Assembly: GCF_000039765.1 (NCBI RefSeq) | Contig: NC_004459.3 | Span: 2,091,127-2,123,126 of the forward strand | Origin: Vibrio vulnificus CMCP6 | GTDB lineage: Bacteria > Pseudomonadota > Gammaproteobacteria > Enterobacterales > Vibrionaceae | Reading direction: 5' to 3' | DNA: 32,000 nt | Shown: one piece after another, positions 1-9,593 of the stretch | Numbering within the stretch: the stretch's first letter is position 1 | Layout: every line of letters begins with the position of its first letter | Notes under the pieces: model-generated | Databases searched by the model: none | Seen by the model: only the letters and a program-made list of their open reading frames with translations | Told to the model about the DNA's origin: nothing | Position numbers and translations under genes: made by a program

Positions 1-298
1 CAATATCAAAACCGAGGAACTGAAGGCGACGCTGATCAACCTGGGTAGATTCATCCGCATCGAGCATGCGGAAAGACTCTTGCATTGCATGGTACATTTC
101 CATCACATCGATAATTTCTTTACAAAGTGCTTCAGTGATGCAGCCGTAATCTTTGTTCAACTCACGCATTTGCAGCTCATAGCCACGCTCAACGATGGTC
201 TGAAAACGTTGATATTTTTCGGCATTTTCAGGGTCGAGCTGAGACATCAACTTGTACTGGTTGGATAGGATCAATCGTTGTGCATTCGACATTTCCAT
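1..298 (-). CDS. yfbU: UPF0304 (YfbU-family) protein, N-terminal ~99 codons; the gene continues past the left edge
   Basis: It is absent from the ORF track because the window edge truncates it. Reverse-strand translation from ATG 298-296 reads [76 protein letters not shown]..., which I recognise as the conserved YfbU N-terminus. GAGG (307-304) lies 5 nt upstream of the ATG. The + strand ORF 80..268 is its antisense shadow. Confidence 0.8.
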   Translation of the reverse strand, partial: MEMSNAQRLILSNQYKLMSQLDPENAEKYQRFQTIVERGYELQMRELNKDYGCITEALCKEIIDVMEMYHAMQESFRMLDADESTQVDQRRLQFLGFDI

Positions 299-424
299 GG
301 TGACCTCACTATATATTCTCTAATTGTGTTGTTGACGTTAGGTTAGCGGAACATCACACGATGAAACATGATCTCAACACAGTTTTAATGGGAAAAATGG
401 AAAATTTGTTTGTTGATCTGAGCA

Positions 425-1099
425 CTATTTTCGGTAGTGGTTGTAAATGTAATCACGGTCTGAAAAGACGCGTAGCCACTCTGGTTTAAAGACGCAGAGC
501 ACGGCCAAAGACATCCCATTGAGTAGCGCTTCAGGAAAGGCGAGCAGAGGCATAAAAATGAAATAGTTGTGCCATATGGTTTGCCAGTCGTAATGGCCAA
601 CATAGAGATGATAAAGGGCATTAATGAGAAGGTGAACGCTGCCAGTCAGCCCTGCGTTGAAAAAACCAGCAATAAAAATAAACACAAAGATGTTTCTCGG
701 CAAATAGTGATAGCTGAGTACGAAAACCGCGTAAGAAAACAGAATTGGGGTGAGGGAAGAGAGGAGAATCGTACTTGGCAACTGCTGTATCGTTAGATCA
801 CCAAATGCGATGAGTAACGCGTAGACAGGAAGAGTGAGCAAAAATGCCATTCTCCAGCCGAACATCATGGTGAGCGTGGTCAGTGCAAGAAAATGGATGT
901 ATAACCCTTCTTTGACTCCTGCTTGAGCATTCCAAAGCAAAAATAGCAGCAACATCACTGCAAACGTCATGTGTTGGAAAGGCTTGTCTGCCACTAGCTT
1001 CGGGAGAAAGGTTTTGAGGAAGTCATCTTTGCAACCAAACCCAATCACCAGCAAGATAACGCCTAAGCAAAGAAAGGCAAATACATCCATGTCATTCAT
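425..1099 (-). CDS. Multi-pass inner-membrane protein, function unknown
   Basis: ORF 425..1123 is hydrophobic almost throughout, with several helix-length segments. Its first 8 codons overlap the pflA terminator hairpin, so I place the start at ATG 1099 (MNDMDVFAFLCLGV...). I recognise no family. Confidence 0.6.
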   Translation of the reverse strand: MNDMDVFAFLCLGVILLVIGFGCKDDFLKTFLPKLVADKPFQHMTFAVMLLLFLLWNAQAGVKEGLYIHFLALTTLTMMFGWRMAFLLTLPVYALLIAFGDLTIQQLPSTILLSSLTPILFSYAVFVLSYHYLPRNIFVFIFIAGFFNAGLTGSVHLLINALYHLYVGHYDWQTIWHNYFIFMPLLAFPEALLNGMSLAVLCVFKPEWLRVFSDRDYIYNHYRK

Positions 1100-1105
1100 A
1101 CCTGT

Positions 1106-1138
1106 AGATAAAACAATACCCACTTAAAGTGGGTATTG
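1106..1138 (-). terminator. Rho-independent terminator of pflA
   Basis: caatacccact (1114-1124) and agtgggtattg (1128-1138) are exact reverse complements, giving an 11-bp stem. On the minus strand the stem is followed by TTTTAT (1113-1108). It lies 18 nt after the pflA stop. Confidence 0.7.
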
Positions 1139-1155
1139 AATAACGAATACGGTGC

Positions 1156-1896
1156 TTAGTATTTCACATTGCTATGGTATTGCGAAAGGATAGAAACAAT
1201 ATTATCCATCGTCTCTTTTGGTGGTGGGTTCACCCCTTCCAGTGGATACTCTAGACCCAACGCTTCCCATTTGTGAGCACCAAGCTTATGGTAAGGAAGC
1301 AATTCGACCTTCTCGATGTTGTCCATGTCTTTGATGAACTCGCCAAGCATATGAGCCGCTTCAGGATCATCCGTGTAACCCGGTACCACAACGTAGCGAA
1401 TCCACGTTGTTTGCCCAATCTTATGCAAGTAGCGAGCAAAATCGAGAGTACGACGGTTGGAAACGCCGATGAAATCATGATGGATTTCATCTTTCATGTG
1501 TTTGATATCGAGCATCACCAAATCGGTTGCTTCTAATACTTCGTCAACAACGTCAGTGTGCTTACGGATATAACCGTTGGTATCCAAACAAGTGTGAATA
1601 CCTTCAGCATGCGCCGCGCGGAATAGATCGCGCACGAATTCAGGTTGCAGCATCGCTTCGCCACCGGAACAAGTGATACCACCACCAGAGGCGTTCATAA
1701 AATGACGATAAGATTTCGCTTCCTTGATGATCTCTTCTACGGTGACCTCTTTACCGTCGTGCGTGTCCCATGTATCGCGGTTGTGGCAATACATACAACG
1801 CATCAGACAGCCCTGCATAAAAACAATAAAACGAATACCTGGTCCGTCAACCGTTCCGCAGGATTCAAAAGAGTGAATACGACCCGTTGTTGTCAT
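1156..1896 (-). CDS. pflA: Pyruvate formate-lyase activating enzyme (glycyl-radical activase, radical SAM)
   Basis: 246 aa. The radical-SAM CxxxCxxC cluster motif is present in [13 protein letters not shown]. The length and overall sequence match PflA as I remember it, and the gene lies in a pfl locus. Confidence 0.95.
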   Translation of the reverse strand: MTTTGRIHSFESCGTVDGPGIRFIVFMQGCLMRCMYCHNRDTWDTHDGKEVTVEEIIKEAKSYRHFMNASGGGITCSGGEAMLQPEFVRDLFRAAHAEGIHTCLDTNGYIRKHTDVVDEVLEATDLVMLDIKHMKDEIHHDFIGVSNRRTLDFARYLHKIGQTTWIRYVVVPGYTDDPEAAHMLGEFIKDMDNIEKVELLPYHKLGAHKWEALGLEYPLEGVNPPPKETMDNIVSILSQYHSNVKY

Positions 1897-2126
1897 GTCT
1901 AGCTCTCAATTCTTATCAAATTTCGGCTGTTATTTTATTACAAAAACTGGGGTTAAAACAGTATACAAAACACGGGAATCAGCGTCTGAGCAAGAAAAGT
2001 GACTTAGCATGATGAGAAAAACCTGATGGCAGGCTAATGACATTTGAGTTGATTGTGATTATTGTTATAAATGTAAACATAACGTTAATTATTACAATAA
2101 GAAAATGTGCTGTAGGGAATTAGACC

Positions 2127-4007
2127 ATGGATATGCTTGCGCTCTCTCAGAAACGTAAAATTCAGCTGTTTTTGAGTATTTTGACTTTGGGTTTTGTTGC
2201 TCTTGCTGCTTATACCTCTAACCAACTCACCTCATTGACCGATCAGTATTCGCAAAGTAGTCGAGTATCGACTGGGGCAGGGCAGATCGCTCAAACCCAA
2301 GTAGAGCTTTTACAGTTAACCGGGAAACTGGGTCAACTGACCGCCACTCAAGTGAATGCCATTCAAGCGGATGTGACGCATTTGGAGCAAAACGTTCGCC
2401 AAGCAGGTGAAACTCTCGTCCAGTTTGACCTCACTACACAAGCTGACAACATGCAGCAAGCGGTGAATGCGTTAGCCAAGTCGCTGGCTCCGTGGCTCAG
2501 CGTTAAATCAGAACTTGGTTTTAATGTTGATGAAGGCAAATTAGGCCAGCTAAAAGATCTGGCGAAGGTTATCGAACAGAAGATCGAAGAAACAGGCATG
2601 GTGACGATTAACTCCGACTTTCAAGCCATGATCAAAACCCAGCAAAATTACTTGTTGCAGCCAAATGAACAGAACATGAAATTGTTTAATCGTGCAATGG
2701 CGATGTTCGTTAACGTCTCAAACAGTTATGGCATGTTGGATATCTATGAGAAAGAGATCGAACAGTTTAAACAAACGTTTATTCGAGTCAGTGAGCTTTC
2801 TCAGCAATTGGGTGCGCTTGAACAGCAGTTGAAAAACAACCAGCGTGAGGCGATCAACTTAATCCAACAAGCTTCAGAGCAGTTGAATGCGGTCGCGGAC
2901 GATCAGCAACAGCGAGCCGCATCTTCTGCGAGTGAAACACAGTGGTCGGTATTGATCGCATTGGCGGCACTTGCGGTGTTTACCATCGTGATTTTCCTCA
3001 GCATCAGTGTGTCGCTAACCCGCTCACTTGACCGCATTAGCCAAGTGATTAAAGCCGTTTCCAATGGCGATTTGTCTCGCCGATTGACACTCAGTAGTAA
3101 CGCGAACGATGAGTTTAATCAGTTGTCCCAGTCGGTCAATGAGAGTTGTGAAAACCTCGGCAAACTTGTCTCTGAAGTGCAAGAAAGCAGTCATTCACTG
3201 GCTGGACATGCAGGAGAACTGCGAGTCGGGCTCGATAAATTCGCGCATCACCAAGGTGAGATCCTTGGCCAAACCCAACTGCTTGCCTCAGCAACCGAAG
3301 AGGTGAGCGTGACAACGCAAGAGGTGTCTAATTCACTGGAATTCGTGACCCAAATTAGTCGAGCGTCAAACCAAGCGGCAGAAGATGGCGGAAAAATCAT
3401 TTCAGAAGCGATTGGCTCACTTGAGCAAGTCGCACACATTCTCAACTCGGCGGCTGGACACATCAGTCAATTAGAAGAAGCGTCCTCAAAAATTGACTCG
3501 GTGATGGACATCATCAACGGCATCGCTGAACAGACTAACCTACTGGCACTCAACGCTGCCATAGAAGCCGCCCGTGCAGGGGAGCAAGGACGTGGTTTTG
3601 CTGTTGTAGCCGATGAAGTTCGTAGCCTCGCGGTCCGTACCGTCGATGCGGTGAGTGAAATCACTGGCACCATTCAAACCATGAAAAATGAAAGTGCTGA
3701 GGTTATCCAATACATCAGTAGCTCGGGTCAAACAATAGAAAAAGGCCAACAAAAAGGGCATGAAGCGATGGATGCGCTCAAACACATTACTGCCAAAGCC
3801 GATGAAGCTAACCATCAAACAGAGATTATTCTTTCATCGATCAAAGAACTGGCCACCACCAGTCAATCTATGGCAGATAGCATGACGCAAATCTCTCAAG
3901 CGATGCGTGAGCTGGAAAGTAACAATGGTGAGCTGCGAGACGTCAGCCAGCTTGTTGATGACAGTTCACGTCAGTTGAGTAATGAATGTCAAAAATTCAC
4001 GATTTGA
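2127..4007 (+). CDS. Methyl-accepting chemotaxis protein (two TM segments, helical periplasmic domain, HAMP, MA signalling domain)
   Basis: 626 aa. TM1 is KIQLFLSILTLGFVALAAYTS and TM2 is WSVLIALAALAVFTIVIFLSISV. The invariant MCP hairpin [35 protein letters not shown] is present. Confidence 0.95.
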   Translation: MDMLALSQKRKIQLFLSILTLGFVALAAYTSNQLTSLTDQYSQSSRVSTGAGQIAQTQVELLQLTGKLGQLTATQVNAIQADVTHLEQNVRQAGETLVQFDLTTQADNMQQAVNALAKSLAPWLSVKSELGFNVDEGKLGQLKDLAKVIEQKIEETGMVTINSDFQAMIKTQQNYLLQPNEQNMKLFNRAMAMFVNVSNSYGMLDIYEKEIEQFKQTFIRVSELSQQLGALEQQLKNNQREAINLIQQASEQLNAVADDQQQRAASSASETQWSVLIALAALAVFTIVIFLSISVSLTRSLDRISQVIKAVSNGDLSRRLTLSSNANDEFNQLSQSVNESCENLGKLVSEVQESSHSLAGHAGELRVGLDKFAHHQGEILGQTQLLASATEEVSVTTQEVSNSLEFVTQISRASNQAAEDGGKIISEAIGSLEQVAHILNSAAGHISQLEEASSKIDSVMDIINGIAEQTNLLALNAAIEAARAGEQGRGFAVVADEVRSLAVRTVDAVSEITGTIQTMKNESAEVIQYISSSGQTIEKGQQKGHEAMDALKHITAKADEANHQTEIILSSIKELATTSQSMADSMTQISQAMRELESNNGELRDVSQLVDDSSRQLSNECQKFTI

Positions 4008-4026
4008 TCTGACCTTGAAAAGCAAA

Positions 4027-4057
4027 AGCGGGATAACTCAATGATCCCGCTTTTTTT
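4027..4057 (+). terminator. Rho-independent terminator after the MCP gene, possibly bidirectional
   Basis: agcgggat (4027-4034) pairs with atcccgct (4044-4051) across a 9-nt loop, followed by a T run to 4057. An A run on the left flank could let it also serve the convergent LpxR-like gene. Confidence 0.8.
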
Positions 4058-4089
4058 AAGTCGAACTTTTGGCGTTGGAAAACCTGTCG

Positions 4090-5070
4090 TTAGAAAAAGG
4101 CGTAGAGAGAGAGTGCACCATTGCCGTAGATTCGTTCTGGCGCTTCTTTGTATTCAGGGGTCTTAGCTGACAGCGCGAAACTCAAGCCAACACGACGGTT
4201 ATACAATGCCACACCCGCTACAGCAGTACTCTGCCAATGTTGCATGGTCACATCATATTGGTCGGAAGGCTCTGGCAATCCAGAGCGCTCACCTTCTAAT
4301 GTGATGTCATTAAAGCGATAACGAGTTGAAAGCCCGGTATAGACAAACCAACCGTATGGCGAATTCCCCATCATGCTCGCGTGAAAAGGATTCTCGGTTG
4401 AAATGCTTGCTGCACCAAGCGTATTGGCTAAATCTGAACCGTAGCGAAACATCACACCAGACGCGACATCTGTGCGGAAATTACCTGCGTTGGCCTCGAA
4501 AATATGACTCATTTCCCAATTCGACTCCGTGAGATTTGCAGAGCGCATCAGCAGGTCATGGCGTTGATAACCAACACTACCAGCAAAATAATCATCCACT
4601 TGATACTCCCAACCATTTGGATCCGTGGAGCCTGTAATGCTATGCACCAGCTTTTGCGCTTTTTCGGATAGCGCATTTTCGCCAGTGGTGCCTAATGTTA
4701 GGTTGTAACGCACGGCTTGTTGTGGATGGAGAGAAAGGTAGTTGAGCTCTGCGTGAAAGTAGCCCGCATAGGGGCGATCATTTGGAGTGGGGGTTGTCTG
4801 AGAAATATCAGAAGGGGTCCACATTTTGTGGCCAATGGAAAACTCCCACTTATCAATAGACCCACCTTGTTTATCCGCCAAACTCAAACGTTTGACTTGG
4901 TGTTCTGAACTTAGAGCTGGTGAGGCGTAAGCAAAGAAAATACCGTTGGTGTAATCTTGGTCTACGCCAAAAATACCATCGTTATCGAGACTGAACGAGG
5001 TTGTTGATTTGACCGAAGCAAAAGCCATCGGTGAGAGCAGCAATAAAAATAGGGACTTGGACAACTTCAT
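4090..5070 (-). CDS. Outer-membrane beta-barrel protein, LpxR (lipid A 3-O-deacylase, DUF2219) family
   Basis: 326 aa. It has a Sec signal peptide (MKLSKSLFLLLLSPMAFA), an N-terminal SLDNDGIFGVDQDYTNG motif that I associate with the LpxR/DUF2219 family, and a C-terminal aromatic residue (..LYAFF) typical of OM barrels. The family call is from memory, not a search. Confidence 0.6.
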   Translation of the reverse strand: MKLSKSLFLLLLSPMAFASVKSTTSFSLDNDGIFGVDQDYTNGIFFAYASPALSSEHQVKRLSLADKQGGSIDKWEFSIGHKMWTPSDISQTTPTPNDRPYAGYFHAELNYLSLHPQQAVRYNLTLGTTGENALSEKAQKLVHSITGSTDPNGWEYQVDDYFAGSVGYQRHDLLMRSANLTESNWEMSHIFEANAGNFRTDVASGVMFRYGSDLANTLGAASISTENPFHASMMGNSPYGWFVYTGLSTRYRFNDITLEGERSGLPEPSDQYDVTMQHWQSTAVAGVALYNRRVGLSFALSAKTPEYKEAPERIYGNGALSLYAFF

Positions 5071-5242
5071 ACTAAATCCGTGTTTTTGGCGACATCATAC
5101 AGCAAAAGCGTCTCTCTGAGCGAAAATATATCGTCAATTATAGTTGGAATAATGATTTGACCATGACTCGCTGAAGAAAACCATTTTCTATGACAGAGTG
5201 AGCGAGCGAGGAAGGAAGAAAGTAAGGTAGGAGGTTCTACTC

Positions 5243-5278
5243 CCAAAAAAATAAAAAACCGGCAACTGAGTGCCGGTT
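5243..5278 (-). terminator. Rho-independent terminator of pflB
   Basis: aaccggca (5257-5264) pairs with tgccggtt (5271-5278) across a 6-nt loop. On the minus strand a long T-rich run follows (complement of ccaaaaaaataaaaaa). Confidence 0.85.
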
Positions 5279-5297
5279 TTGCTAACTGAGCTCTAGA

Positions 5298-7574
5298 TTA
5301 TAGAGATTCAGTGAAAGTACGTGCGATAACGTCAGCTTGTTGCTCTGCAGTTAGAGAGTTAAAGCGAACTGCGTATCCAGATACACGGATAGTTAGCTGA
5401 GGGTACTTCTCTGGGTGCTTAACTGCGTCTAGAAGCGTGTCACGGTTTAGAACGTTTACGTTCAAGTGTTGACCGCCTTCGATGCCAGCTTCGTGGTGGA
5501 AGTAACCATCCATCAGACCAGCAAGGTTAGCGCGTTGAGCGTTCTCATCTTTACCAAGTGCGTTAGGTACGATAGAGAAGGTGTAAGAGATACCGTCTTT
5601 CGCGTGAGCAAATGGTAGTTTACCTACTGAAGTTAGAGACGCTACAGCACCTTTCTCATCACGACCGTGCATTGGGTTTGCACCTGGTGCAAATGGAGCA
5701 CCTGCGCGACGACCGTCTGGCGTATTACCTGTCTTCTTACCGTATACCACGTTTGATGTGATAGTTAGGATAGACTGAGTAGGAACAGCATCACGGTAAG
5801 TCTTAAGCTTACGGATCTTGTTCATGAACACTTCAACAAGTTCACAAGCGATGTCATCTACGCGAGCATCGTTGTTACCGAATTTAGGGTAGTCGCCTTC
5901 GATTTCGAAGTCGATAGCTACGCCATCTTCGTCACGGATTGGTTTCACTTTCGCGTACTTGATTGCAGATAGTGAGTCAGCTGCGATAGATAGACCAGCG
6001 ATACCACAAGCCATTGTGCGGTAAACATCACGATCGTGTAGTGCCATTAGTGCAGACTCATAGCTGTACTTGTCGTGCATGAAGTGGATTGCGTTTAGTG
6101 CAGCAACGTATTGCTTCGCTAGCCAGTCCATGAAGTGGTCTAGGTTGTTCCACACTTCGTCGAAGCTTAGGACTTCTGAAGTGATCTTAGGCATTACTGG
6201 GCCAACTTGCATTTTCAGCTTCTCATCAACACCACCGTTGATTGCGTAAAGCATCGTTTTTGCAAGGTTTGCACGAGCGCCGAAGAACTGCATTTGCTTA
6301 CCAACAACCATTGGAGATACACAACATGCGATTGCGTAGTCGTCAGAGTTCATGTCTGGACGCATTAGGTCGTCGTTTTCGTACTGGATTGAAGAAGTAT
6401 CGATAGATACTTTCGCACAGAACTTCTTGAAGCCTTCAGGTAGTTGCTCAGACCAAAGTACAGTGATGTTTGGCTCTGGAGAAGGACCCATTGTGTATAG
6501 GCTGTTTAGGAAACGGAAGTTTGAACGCGTTACTAGCGTACGACCGTCAAGACCCATACCACCCATAGATTCTGTTGCCCAGATTGGGTCGCCAGAGAAT
6601 AGATCATCGTACTCAGGAGTACGTAGGAAACGAACCATACGTAGTTTCATTACGAAGTGGTCGATCATTTCCTGAGCTTCAACTTCAGTGATCTTACCAG
6701 CAGCGATATCACGCTCGATGTACACGTCTAGGAACGTAGAAGTACGGCCTAGAGACATTGCAGCACCGTTTTGAGACTTAACAGCCGCTAGGTAGCCGAA
6801 GTAAGTCCATTGGATAGCTTCTTGTGCAGTTTCAGCTGGGCGAGAAATATCGTAACCGTATTTCGCTGCCATCACTTTCATTTGACCTAGAGCGCGGTGT
6901 TGCTCAGCAATCTCTTCACGAAGTTGCATAGTCATTTGAAGATCTTCACCGTTCTCAAAACGCTCTTGTAGAGACTTGAATTGAGCCAGTTTGTCCTTCA
7001 TTAGGAAGTCGATACCGTAAAGTGCAACACGACGGTAGTCACCGATGATACGACCACGGCCGTAAGCGTCTGGAAGACCAGTTAGAACACCAGACTTACG
7101 ACAAGCTAGGATATCTGGAGTGTAGATATCGAATACGCCAGCGTTGTGTGTTTTGCGGTATTCAGAGTAGATTTTAGAGATTTGAGGATCGAGTTCACGA
7201 CCGTAAACTTTACAAGAACCCTCAACCATGCGGATACCACCGTTAGGGATGATAGCGCGTTTTAGAGGTGCGTCAGTTTGTAGACCAACGATAGTCTCTA
7301 GATCTTTTTCAATGTAGCCTGCATCGTGAGCAGTGATGGTAGAGATTAGGTCAGTATCGAAATCAACTGGAGCGTGAGTTGAGTTCTCAATTTTGATACC
7401 TTCCATTACCTTAGCCCAAAGCTTGTTGGTTGCTTCAGTACCTTCAGAAACTAGGAAAGATTCGTCGCCTTCGTACGGAGTGTAGTTCTTCTGAATGAAA
7501 TCACGAACGTTTACTTCGTTTTGCCAGTCACCTGCTGCAAAACCTTCCCAAGCTTTAGCAAATTGCTCTGCCAT
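5298..7574 (-). CDS. pflB: Formate C-acetyltransferase (pyruvate formate-lyase)
   Basis: 758 aa. The glycyl-radical signature [11 protein letters not shown] lies near the C-terminus and the active-site Cys-Cys is present in IACCVSPMV. The N-terminus [36 protein letters not shown] is typical PflB. Confidence 0.97.
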   Translation of the reverse strand: MAEQFAKAWEGFAAGDWQNEVNVRDFIQKNYTPYEGDESFLVSEGTEATNKLWAKVMEGIKIENSTHAPVDFDTDLISTITAHDAGYIEKDLETIVGLQTDAPLKRAIIPNGGIRMVEGSCKVYGRELDPQISKIYSEYRKTHNAGVFDIYTPDILACRKSGVLTGLPDAYGRGRIIGDYRRVALYGIDFLMKDKLAQFKSLQERFENGEDLQMTMQLREEIAEQHRALGQMKVMAAKYGYDISRPAETAQEAIQWTYFGYLAAVKSQNGAAMSLGRTSTFLDVYIERDIAAGKITEVEAQEMIDHFVMKLRMVRFLRTPEYDDLFSGDPIWATESMGGMGLDGRTLVTRSNFRFLNSLYTMGPSPEPNITVLWSEQLPEGFKKFCAKVSIDTSSIQYENDDLMRPDMNSDDYAIACCVSPMVVGKQMQFFGARANLAKTMLYAINGGVDEKLKMQVGPVMPKITSEVLSFDEVWNNLDHFMDWLAKQYVAALNAIHFMHDKYSYESALMALHDRDVYRTMACGIAGLSIAADSLSAIKYAKVKPIRDEDGVAIDFEIEGDYPKFGNNDARVDDIACELVEVFMNKIRKLKTYRDAVPTQSILTITSNVVYGKKTGNTPDGRRAGAPFAPGANPMHGRDEKGAVASLTSVGKLPFAHAKDGISYTFSIVPNALGKDENAQRANLAGLMDGYFHHEAGIEGGQHLNVNVLNRDTLLDAVKHPEKYPQLTIRVSGYAVRFNSLTAEQQADVIARTFTESL

Positions 7575-7670
7575 GACATACCTACCTTTTTAGTAGAAAA
7601 AACACGTACTGTTGTGGCTGTTGAGCCAGCCATCCTCTCATTAAAGAGGAGCAGTACACTCTTATGAATA

Positions 7671-7717
7671 ACAATATGTATCGATTTGCGAACTGTTCAT
7701 AAAACGATACATATTGT
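7671..7717 (-). promoter_or_regulatory. 13-bp perfect inverted repeat (21-nt spacer) in the pflB upstream/leader region
   Basis: acaatatgtatcg (7671-7683) and cgatacatattgt (7705-7717) are exact reverse complements. The element lies 97-143 nt upstream of the pflB ATG (7574). Its function is unknown; it could be an RNA stem-loop or a protein-binding site. Confidence 0.5.
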
Positions 7718-7821
7718 CACTGAGTTTCATGTCTTGCCTTATTAACTTTCCTTCAGGGTATACTAAAATTTTTTTGCAAACCTTAAACTAAATCAATAAA
7801 AGCTAAAAAAACTCAATAAAA

Positions 7822-7848
7822 TTTGGGTGGTGACCAGCACCACCCAAA
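7822..7848 (-). terminator. Rho-independent terminator separating the upstream permease gene from pflB
   Basis: tttgggtggtg (7822-7832) pairs with caccacccaaa (7838-7848) across a 5-nt loop. T-rich sequence follows on the minus strand (complement of agctaaaaaaactcaataaaa). It starts 15 nt after the permease stop. Confidence 0.8.
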
Positions 7849-7862
7849 CTTTTTTTGAACGC

Positions 7863-9410
7863 TTATAGCCAAGCTTTGATGCCGTACTGGCTTTCTAGCA
7901 TACCAACTGCAAGCATAGCAACTAGACAGATAATAAGAACACCACCAGGAATCACTACTTTATCTACAAAAGATAGTTTAGATGCGCGCTCTTTGTCACC
8001 AATCAGACCATTATTATCTAGTAGCATGGTCAATGCCCAAGCTAGAACTGGGTTCACAACCGCAGAACCAAAGATACAGATACCCGCTGCTTGCGAATCT
8101 TTTGTGCTACGAACCATCTGCATACCCGCTTCAAGTAGAGGTAAGAATACACCTACTAATAGCGCACAACGCATTACTGGTGGCCATACCGCGACATCCA
8201 TTGGGAAGCCAAGAATCGCAATCGTCATTACCAAACAGCCTAGGATAATTGCACCACCAGGAATTGGACGCTTCGCAATCGCGGCTGGGATCATGTATGT
8301 ACCCCAAGACGATGTGATGTTACCGCCACCAAGTGCAGTACCCACCATTTGACGAATAGAACACATGGTCATGGTGTCATCGACATCCATCAGCACTTTT
8401 TCTGTCTTCTTAGGATAGTTCAATTCTTGGAAAATACGGTGACCAAGGAAATCTGGAGACCACATTGCTACCGCTAGAATCGCAAATGGTAGAGAAGCGA
8501 TAAAGTGTTGTAGCGTTGGTAGGCCAAGTTGCCAACCAGTCTCAGTGCTGCCCCACCAGTAAACTGGGTTCAGGTTAGGTAGGCCCATTTCCGTTTCGAA
8601 CTTAAGATCAAAACCTGCACCTAGCGCAAGTGCAATCACCAAGCCAGTAAACGCACACACAGGGATTGCCAGCCAACGTAGGTTGAGTTTAGCAAGCAGT
8701 GCGTAAATAACGATGTTAATGCCAAGCACAACCAAACCAATGTAGCCTAGGCTGCCAGCTGCAACGTCAGCAGATTGCAGGCCAACGGCCCATTCTTGAA
8801 TGGAGGTAATTTGACTCATCGTCCCGGTAAAACCGAGGAAGATCAACAAGCCACCTGCGGTACCTTCGGAGGTCAGGTTCACCAGTTTAGAACCACCTTT
8901 AAAGTAGCTCAGTAGGAGACCAAACACGCCAAGTAGAAGTGCCAATGCAAGAGGGTGAGCACCAGCGAGAGCAATCGCGCCGATAAGAGGGATCATTGGA
9001 CCGTGGTTACCGGCTAAGTTAGCTCGTGGGTTCACAAAGCCAGATGCGATAACACAGAAGAATAACGCTGGGAACAACATTTCCACACGCGCCACTTCGA
9101 TAGCAAATTCTTTACCTAAATTGATGTGGTCCCAAGCTTGGGTTAGACCGTCTGCCCAAGACATCATTACTGCAGAGTACATCGCGATAATACCGATAGT
9201 ACCAGCAAGCGCAGGAACAAGGTCCTCAAGTTCAAAACGGAAGTCACGACCAGGAAGGTTCAAACCGAAACGGCGCGGTTTCATAATTTGCAGTTCGTGG
9301 TCTAGGTAGTCTGAGCGGCTGGCAAATTCAGAAGCTGGACGATGAAGCTCACTGTAGCTCTTCGTTTCAATATCTGAATCAGAATGCACTTTATTCACTG
9401 CGTCTGACAT
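7863..9410 (-). CDS. Large polytopic permease of unknown substrate (possibly a DUF3360 / NCS2-SulP-like fold), in the position focA occupies in E. coli
   Basis: 515 aa. A roughly 60-residue hydrophilic N-terminus is followed by at least 10 hydrophobic segments. The segment FRFELEDLVPALAGTIGIIAMYSAV resembles the first-helix region of AzgA/NCS2-type permeases as I remember them. The family assignment is tentative. Confidence 0.7.
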   Translation of the reverse strand: MSDAVNKVHSDSDIETKSYSELHRPASEFASRSDYLDHELQIMKPRRFGLNLPGRDFRFELEDLVPALAGTIGIIAMYSAVMMSWADGLTQAWDHINLGKEFAIEVARVEMLFPALFFCVIASGFVNPRANLAGNHGPMIPLIGAIALAGAHPLALALLLGVFGLLLSYFKGGSKLVNLTSEGTAGGLLIFLGFTGTMSQITSIQEWAVGLQSADVAAGSLGYIGLVVLGINIVIYALLAKLNLRWLAIPVCAFTGLVIALALGAGFDLKFETEMGLPNLNPVYWWGSTETGWQLGLPTLQHFIASLPFAILAVAMWSPDFLGHRIFQELNYPKKTEKVLMDVDDTMTMCSIRQMVGTALGGGNITSSWGTYMIPAAIAKRPIPGGAIILGCLVMTIAILGFPMDVAVWPPVMRCALLVGVFLPLLEAGMQMVRSTKDSQAAGICIFGSAVVNPVLAWALTMLLDNNGLIGDKERASKLSFVDKVVIPGGVLIICLVAMLAVGMLESQYGIKAWL

Positions 9411-9593
9411 AGATTCCTCATATATTTAAAAAGTTAGTAATTCGATCTGAATTCTATAGTCCGCATCCTGCGGGTTCTTCCTGTTATAGCCGATGCTAGG
9501 TGTTAGGGTTATTGTCGCACGAATACCACGTGCCTAAGCATAGCTAAATTTCACTAATTTTGACGGCTGAGATCAGCCTCAACTTTACGGCCG

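Noticed and set aside
2050-2100. AT-rich quasi-palindrome (attattgttataaatgtaaacataacgttaattattacaataag) upstream of MCP1
   Set aside because: The arms match only partially, with gaps, and the sequence is low-complexity AT-rich promoter DNA. It is not distinctive enough to report as a site.
3520-3620. DNA similarity between 3520-3620 and 20470-20570, considered as a dispersed repeat
   Set aside because: Both encode the invariant MCP signalling hairpin ([32 protein letters not shown]) of two paralogous chemoreceptors. The similarity reflects protein-level conservation with many synonymous differences, not a repeat element.
7783-7796. Second FNR-like sequence TTAAActaaATCAA upstream of pflB
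   Set aside because: It matches the consensus at only 8 of 10 positions in AT-rich sequence. The best nearby -10-like hexamers (TATACC, TAGTAT on the minus strand) are 2-4 nt off the class II spacing. It is too weak to call without a PWM score or start-site data.
7855-8352. Plus-strand ORFs 7855..8352, 7982..8248 and 9121..9309 inside the permease gene
   Set aside because: They are antisense shadow ORFs within a well-supported 515-aa membrane-protein gene, with low-complexity translations and no RBS. The same reasoning applies to 6352..6675 (inside pflB), 1251..1902 (inside pflA), 2363..3818 (inside MCP1), 4326..4908 (inside the LpxR-like gene), 19302..20730 (inside MCP2), 22721..24569 (inside dinG) and 28223..29908 (inside icd).
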